Positions 57,788 through 64,000 of a stretch of 64,000 nt of DNA are shown piece after piece; position 1 is the first letter of the stretch; the number at the start of each line of letters is the position of its first letter. Source of the stretch: Paramoeba atlantica (taxonomy: Eukaryota > Protista > Discosea); NCBI GenBank assembly GCA_977017575.1, contig CDRNVI010000179.1:17396-81395 (forward strand), read 5' to 3'. The notes beneath the pieces were generated by a model, which did not search any database, was not told the DNA's origin, and saw nothing but the letters and a program-made list of their open reading frames with translations. A program made the position numbers and the translations under genes.

Positions 57788-60700
57788 ATGTTGGGCGAAG
57801 TTCAAAATGGTGCGGGAGAATCTCAATCCGAAACCCCTTTACCTGATGATCAAGCTCCTGCTCGAGAAGATAATGGGAAACAAGATGCAACAGACGACAC
57901 AGCTGCAGACGATGAAACTCTTTCATCAGGGACTACCACTTCTGGACATATTCTTGGTGATCTCAGCTTGACACCGATCGTTCGAAGAAACTCTGATTCA
58001 AGTTCTTCTTCTTCTTCTTCTTCCTCTTCTTCACCGTTTGGCTCGACCCGATTTGACGCTCGTACACTTCTCCAAAATCCTGATTTTCTATCTGAGTTAA
58101 TCTCTTTGAATCAATCGATGCGCGAAGGATCTCACACGACTAAAAACGATCTGAGGGAGATGTCAAAGGTAGTGGATCAGTTGATTGGAAAAACTGACTT
58201 TACAGATCCTGACTCGGTAGGAGAAATGGTCACAGAAGCTTTGACTAATCTTGAGAGTGAAGTTTGGCCAAACACGATGGAGTTTGTGAAAGGCATTCGT
58301 CAATGCCACAACACTATCAATGGATTGAACTGGCAAACTCTGGAGGCTCAGCATGACTCGCCTCGACAACTGTTTGAAAAACTCGGGTGCTATTTTGGAA
58401 AGGGCACAAAAGATATTGGGAAGCTCCGTTACGAAGCTTTTAAATTTGATCTCAATTCTGTGAAAGATTTTCTTCAGCAATCGTTGCTCTTCAAACAACT
58501 GCACAGTGGGGCAGGGAGGTCTCGAGTTGATTTAGTTGCTGATTTTGGATTTAAGATTGCAATACATTCTTATTCCATGAAGGAAGCGTGGCTCCAAACT
58601 GCACAAGAAGTCGAGAACGATTGGGAAAAGGCAACAAAAAAATTTCAATCGATGTTGGGACTCAGTCTTTCTCTTCAAGTAAGACCTAAAGTTAAGATGG
58701 CGCCTATGAATTTGAGGAGTACGAACGAGTACAAAAAGGTTCATGGCTCGGCACCCGGGAGGAAATGCTTCCTTTGCGGAAGGGAACACCACCCAAAAGA
58801 CTGCGAAATAAGGAATAAGATGGTGGAAGAACTGAAAACACTTCCCCCAAGGAACGGAAAACAATATTGTTTGGCTCATGGAGAGAATACTGATCACAAT
58901 AGTCTTCAGTGTCTTTGGCTAACTGTGGCAAAATACTTAAGAACCAAAGAAATTGGCCGGGGACACCAGACTTGGTCCTCCCTCGTCTCAACTTATGGCA
59001 ACATGGCTTTTGAAATGTTCCCAAGAAATTGTATGAACCCGGTCCAGTGGTTTGCTCGATCTGACCAAACCCCTCCACCACCCAAAAGGAAAAGAGAGGA
59101 GGAAACTGACCTCCAAGCAGCAAAGAAGCGAATGCTGACACAACTCAATGAAATGATTGAGGGTTGTCAGGACCTTGCTGAACTCAGAAGAAAAATGGAC
59201 AGTTTAAATTCCTTCCCTCCAAAAGTCAGTGACAAAAGATTTCTCACTCACATTATGAAACAGAACAAGAATAATCCGACTGTTACTGTCCATGAACGAG
59301 ACGACAGTTTCACTCTCATCATTGGAGATCTGGAAAGAGATTTATTTCCTAAGATTTGCCAAATAAAAGAAACACTTTTTCATTTACCCTGTGGCATAAA
59401 TAATATTGTGATTCAAGCACTTTGTGATTCTGGTGCTGGTCTTGATGTAGTATCAAAGAAAATTCTGAACAAGATTGTTCCGAAGATGAGAAGACCATAT
59501 TATGGTGGAACCGTAACAATGGCAAACAATGATCCTATCCGACCTCAGGAAGAAGTACTTCTTGAAATTGAGATTGCTGGATCCAAGAGAAGACACTAGT
59601 TCACAGTAATGAATGAATTATCTTCAGACATTATCTTTGGAGACCCGTTCTTGAGAAAAATCGGAGCAGTTTTGGACTTCTCTGAGAGAACAATTGAGAT
59701 TCGGAACTTGACAAAAGAGTCAATGATATTCCCACTCTCTGATAATGAAATAAGAACAAGGTTGAGCGCTTTAATCCCTCAACCTGGAGAATTGGGTGAA
59801 TTGAAAACTTTTCAACAAGTCACCTTTCCACCCCGAACCATGACGGCAGTAGAAGTCATGCTCAAGGGTCGACCGATAAAGGATGCTGACGGATATGTCA
59901 GAGGGATTTCGAGAAAGAACTCTCAACTTCATGTAATACCTGGTTTGGTTCACCTTGAAAAGGATGAGATTAGACAAGGCTATAAATGTTGCATTGAAGT
60001 GATTAATTTGGGAACTACAACCTGCACTGTGGAAAAGGGATCCGCAATTGCAAAACACCTGTATGTTACAGAACAAGATGCTGAGAATACTATTGTAAAA
60101 ACCTTAGCAAAAGAGCACATTGGTGAAAGCTTTGAAAGAGCAGCAACCAACCTGCAACAAAAGAAAGTGGAACTTTCAGGCAAAATTCATTTGAATCTTT
60201 CCGACAAGAATGACACTCAAGAAGACTGTCATTCCACAGTCTATGAAATGGCAAGCCAGATGAGGAAGCAATCATCTAAGCAATTTTCTGACTCAGTGGC
60301 CTTCTGTGCGATTTGCTCATTGACAAATACATTGTCAGATGCACATCCCAATTCAGAACCTACTGAAGATGTCAAAATGATTCCAAAAGAGTATGCAGAA
60401 TTTGCAGAAAAAACTGGACTCACCAAAAGTGAACTATCTCTTGATGAATCTCTCCAACTCTGTAAACTGTTCGAGAGATACAAAGAAATTTGAGACCTTC
60501 CAGATGAAGCTCCAATTGTTCACACAGATGCAATGGAGTTCGAAATTGAACTCACAAAACCGGATCCTTTTAGACAGAATTATCGAACAAGGGATCCCGT
60601 TCGACAGGAAATTGAAAAACAACATATAGAAAAAATGTTGAATAGGAGGGTAATCCGACCTTCAAAATCTCCTTATGCTAGCCCTATTATGCTGGTGGCA

Positions 60701-63322
60701 AAAGCAAATGGAAAAGTGAGATTCTGTGTTGATTATCGAGAATTAAATGATAGAATCAAGAAATGGAGCTATCCTTTACCAAAAATTAATGATGTGTTAA
60801 AATACCTAGGTGGATCCTCGTATTATTCAACACTTGATATGACAGAGGCATTTTGGTCAATCCCTATTAAGGAAAAGGACAAAGAAAAAACTGCCTTCAT
60901 ATCACAATATGGACTCTGGGAATGGAATTCCATGCCTTTTGGGTTGTTCAATGCACCGACAACTCAACAACGCTTTATGGATAAGATCCTGTCAGGATTG
61001 CAGTGGCAAATCTGCATCAACTATATTGATGACATTGTTGTGTTCTCAAAAACTTTTGATGAACATTTACAGTCTCTGGAAAAAGTGTTAGAAAGGTTAA
61101 GAGAAAACAAATTGAGAATTAACCTGGATAAAGTGAAACTTTGCCAGCCTAAATTCGCTCTTCTAGGCTTCACTGCCACGAAGAAAGGAATATTATGCAA
61201 TGATAAGAAGGTCAGAGCAATTATCGATTACCCTGAACCAGCAAATCATAAAGAGCTCCAGTCTTTCTTGGGCCTTGTGAGTTGGTGTCGAAGGTTTATC
61301 TATAAGTGCTCACAAAGGACATATCATTTGAGAAAGCTCCTGACTGAAATGAAGTTTCAGTGGAATCAGGAAGCGGAAAAAGAATTTCTGAAATTGAAAG
61401 AAATAATTGCAAATATACCAATGCTGGTACATCCAAATTTTGAGAAAACATTTTACATCCATGTTGATGCATCGAAAAAAGGGTATGGTGCAATATTAAC
61501 GCAACATCCCGATGATCCAATCAACAAACCAGCCCCTTCAAGGCCTGGGATACCCAAGAATCATCAAATAATTGCCTTTGCAAGTTTGGCACTTCTGCAA
61601 TCACATTCTTCTTATACAAACCCAGAAAGAGAAGCATATGGAATCTACTGAGCTATTAATAAGTTCAAAGAATATACATATGGAAAACATACCATGGTCT
61701 ATAGTGATCACCAAAGTTTTACAAAATTGGCAAACTCCCCAACAAAATTGTCCAGGAGCCAGCAAATCACTGCCTGGATGACGGATATCCTCGCCTCGGT
61801 GGACAGAATTGAACACCGCCCTGGTAAAATGCTTGTGATACCTGATGCCCTTAGTAGAGCGCATCATATTGCATATCAAGTCGATGAGACAAAAACCCAA
61901 ATACAAGAGCTGCTTGAGAAATTTGGAATCAAGCCGCAAGATGGAAAAACGTTGGATGATCAGCTTAAATTCGGAATGTTGAAACTTTGCTCCCCTGCTC
62001 AAACCAGCCAAGAGTCATCGGAAAACATGGGTCAGCTTGCTCCTTCAACAAAAGGTCATCACTTTGGGCCTGAGGTGTTGCATGGGTCAACTTGTTCTCC
62101 AGTGTGCGCTTCAAGAGCCCACATCACTCAAGGCTTCAGCATTGGCCAAAACGCTGAGTACACAATTGATGGGTCAACTTCGTGTGAGACATTTGTTAAT
62201 GCATCGATGGGTCAGCTTCGATTCCAGTCTCAAACACCGGGCCACTCGAGTGGTGATGCTCTCACTGAACCCTTATCTGGAATGGAGGAGGATGTTGAGC
62301 ACACACCCGTGCCAAAACCAAATGTGGGGCACAAAAGAGTCACCCAAAAGATTAATGCTTTATCTGAGCAAGATTCAGTTCGAATAACTGATGAACAAAC
62401 TCCTAAGGAGAGGGGTAAAGACGAGCAGAGATATTGGAGAGGAGACAAAGCGATCGACATCCGAGTTGAACAAATGGCTGATCCATTTTGTAAACAAATG
62501 AGAAATCTTCTCTTGAATGGAATATTACCAGAATCGAAAATAGAAGCAAAAAAGCTCATCTTGCAAAGACACAGCTTTTGCTTCAATGAGGCTGGATGTC
62601 TTTGTTGAGTGGACATCCCAACTGAGTCCGGATCTCCCCCAATTGTTTTGCCTGGAACTATGATCCCTGAGGTTGTCAAATATTTTCATGACCGGGGAGG
62701 ACATAGGAAATTCCAAAAGGCATATGAATTGATTCGAGAAAAATTTTGGTTTCTTCACATGGCACAATATATCAGTGATTATTGTCGGACCTGTGACAGA
62801 TGTCAGAAATCAAAAAGAACAAAAGGAACAAAACCACCTTTGGGTACGTCACATATTGGACACCCAAACGTTACAATACATATTGATGCAACTAAGGGAG
62901 TTGAAAATAATAACCAGGGCTATACTCATATCCTCGCAATTGTTGATGCCTTCACGGGATACTTGACACTGTTTCCGTTGAAACAAGTTAATACTAGAGT
63001 GATCGCTGACTGTTTGTTGAAATATGTAACTCTACATTCAATGCCACTTGAAATAGTTACAGATGGTGGATCAGAGTTCCGAAAACAACTCTTGAAAGAT
63101 TTGATGGAGAATTGGGGAATCCATCATTCTAAGATCTCCGCTTACAACCATAAAGGAAATGGTAAAGTCGAGACTATCCATGGTGCTGTGAAAAACATCA
63201 TGAGAGCTTTTATGAGAAAATTTGAAAATGACTGGGATTTGCTACTTCCAATGGTGGAATTCGCATATAATACCCAAGTTCATTCAACAACGGGATACAA
63301 ACCTTTTACATTGCAATTTGGG
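57788..63322 (+). pseudogene. Gypsy gag-pol in a single frame (~1845 codons) with 4 in-frame stops and a truncated integrase
   Basis: Zn knuckles CFLCGREHHPKDC and CLAHGENTDHNSLQC; protease ALCDSGAG; RT FCVDYRELN, MPFGLFNAP, YIDDIVV; RNase H VDAS/EREA/SDH/PDALSR; integrase HHCC, IHIDA, TDGGSEF, NGKVE. Five consecutive ORFs share one frame. Confidence 0.92.
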
Positions 63323-64000
63323 TTTAGGGTTTAGGGTTTAGGGTTTAGGGTTTAGGGTTTAGGGTTTAGGGTTTAGGGTTTAGGGTTTAGGGTTTAGGGT
63401 TTAGGGTTTAGGGTTTAGGGTTTAGGGTTTAGGGTTTAGGGTTTAGGGTTTAGGGTTTAGGGTTTAGGGTTTAGGGTTTAGGGTTTAGGGTTTAGGGTTT
63501 AGGGTTTAGGGTTTAGGGTTTAGGGTTTAGGGTTTAGGGTTTAGGGTTTAGGGTTTAGGGTTTAGGGTTTAGGGTTTAGGGTTTAGGGTTTAGGGTTTAG
63601 GGTTTAGGGTTTAGGGTTTAGGGTTTAGGGTTTAGGGTTTAGGGTTTAGGGTTTAGGGTTTAGGGTTTAGGGTTTAGGGTTTAGGGTTTAGGGTTTAGGG
63701 TTTAGGGTTTAGGGTTTAGGGTTTAGGGTTTAGGGTTTAGGGTTTAGGGTTTAGGGTTTAGGGTTTAGGGTTTAGGGTTTAGGGTTTAGGGTTTAGGGTT
63801 TAGGGTTTAGGGTTTAGGGTTTAGGGTTTAGGGTTTAGGGTTTAGGGTTTAGGGTTTAGGGTTTAGGGTTTAGGGTTTAGGGTTTAGGGTTTAGGGTTTA
63901 GGGTTTAGGGTTTAGGGTTTAGGGTTTAGGGTTTAGGGTTTAGGGTTTAGGGTTTAGGGTTTAGGGTTTAGGGTTTAGGGTTTAGGGTTTAGGGTTTAGG
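63320..64000 (+). repeat. Telomeric array (TTTAGGG)n: 96 full units plus TTTAGG from 63323 to the window end
   Basis: Uninterrupted G-rich-strand repeats oriented 5'->3' toward the end; the 678 bp from 63323 is in exact heptamer register. Confidence 0.98.

Larger units (their letters stand above)
57458..63322 (+). mobile_element. Ty3/gypsy LTR retrotransposon, 3'-truncated by the telomere
   Basis: 5' LTR (TGT ~57458 to ACA 57765, AATAAA at 57734), PBS, and gag-PR-RT-RNaseH-IN domain order. Confidence 0.93.

Noticed and set aside
59760-60070. Active dUTPase between protease and RT
   Set aside because: The segment resembles the degenerate dUTPase-like linker seen in some gypsy elements, but the canonical dUTPase motifs are not recognisable.
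57788-63322. Host uses UGA=Trp or a stop-reassigned genetic code
   Set aside because: Host genes end in TGA (e.g. 2739, 3904, 6401, 36614, 45665) and TAA, I saw no in-frame stops in host exons, and the element itself uses 19 ordinary TGG codons and no in-frame TAA.
57458-64000. Telomere-specific retrotransposon (TART/TRAS/SART-like) maintaining the end
   Set aside because: The element has an LTR, a PBS and gypsy domain order, and is broken mid-integrase; the end is a standard short telomerase-type repeat.
1-64000. tRNA or rRNA genes
   Set aside because: No cloverleaf with A/B boxes or rRNA-like segment was recognised; the tRNA-complementary sequences are PBSs only.

Overview
The last 64 kb of a linear chromosome from an AT-rich, intron-dense eukaryote. 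A protist, probably amoebozoan-like, is inferred from gene content and intron style. Positions 1-54.6 kb are gene-dense: adenylyl-cyclase-associated protein (CAP), two tandem J-less DnaJ-type zinc-finger genes, an intronless membrane protein, a myristoylated NPF-repeat AIG1-like GTPase, a homocysteine S-methyltransferase-family gene, a LamG-domain gene, a G-protein alpha subunit, a tetraspanin with a mucin-like insert, GAA1, a tandem-BTB protein, a homeobox gene, a GRAM-TBC RabGAP, two head-to-head ankyrin genes built one repeat per exon, and a very large Cys-rich 7TM receptor. The distal end holds a truncated Ty1/copia element (219-bp LTR, PBS matching the 5' half of tRNA-Lys(CTT)). A Ty3/gypsy element sits inside it; its ~1845-codon gag-pol frame has four stops and no frameshifts, and its integrase is cut off and joined directly to a perfect (TTTAGGG)n telomere. 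Exon structures were read by eye from GT-AG signals and frame continuity, so internal exons and some gene ends are approximate. No database searches were run.
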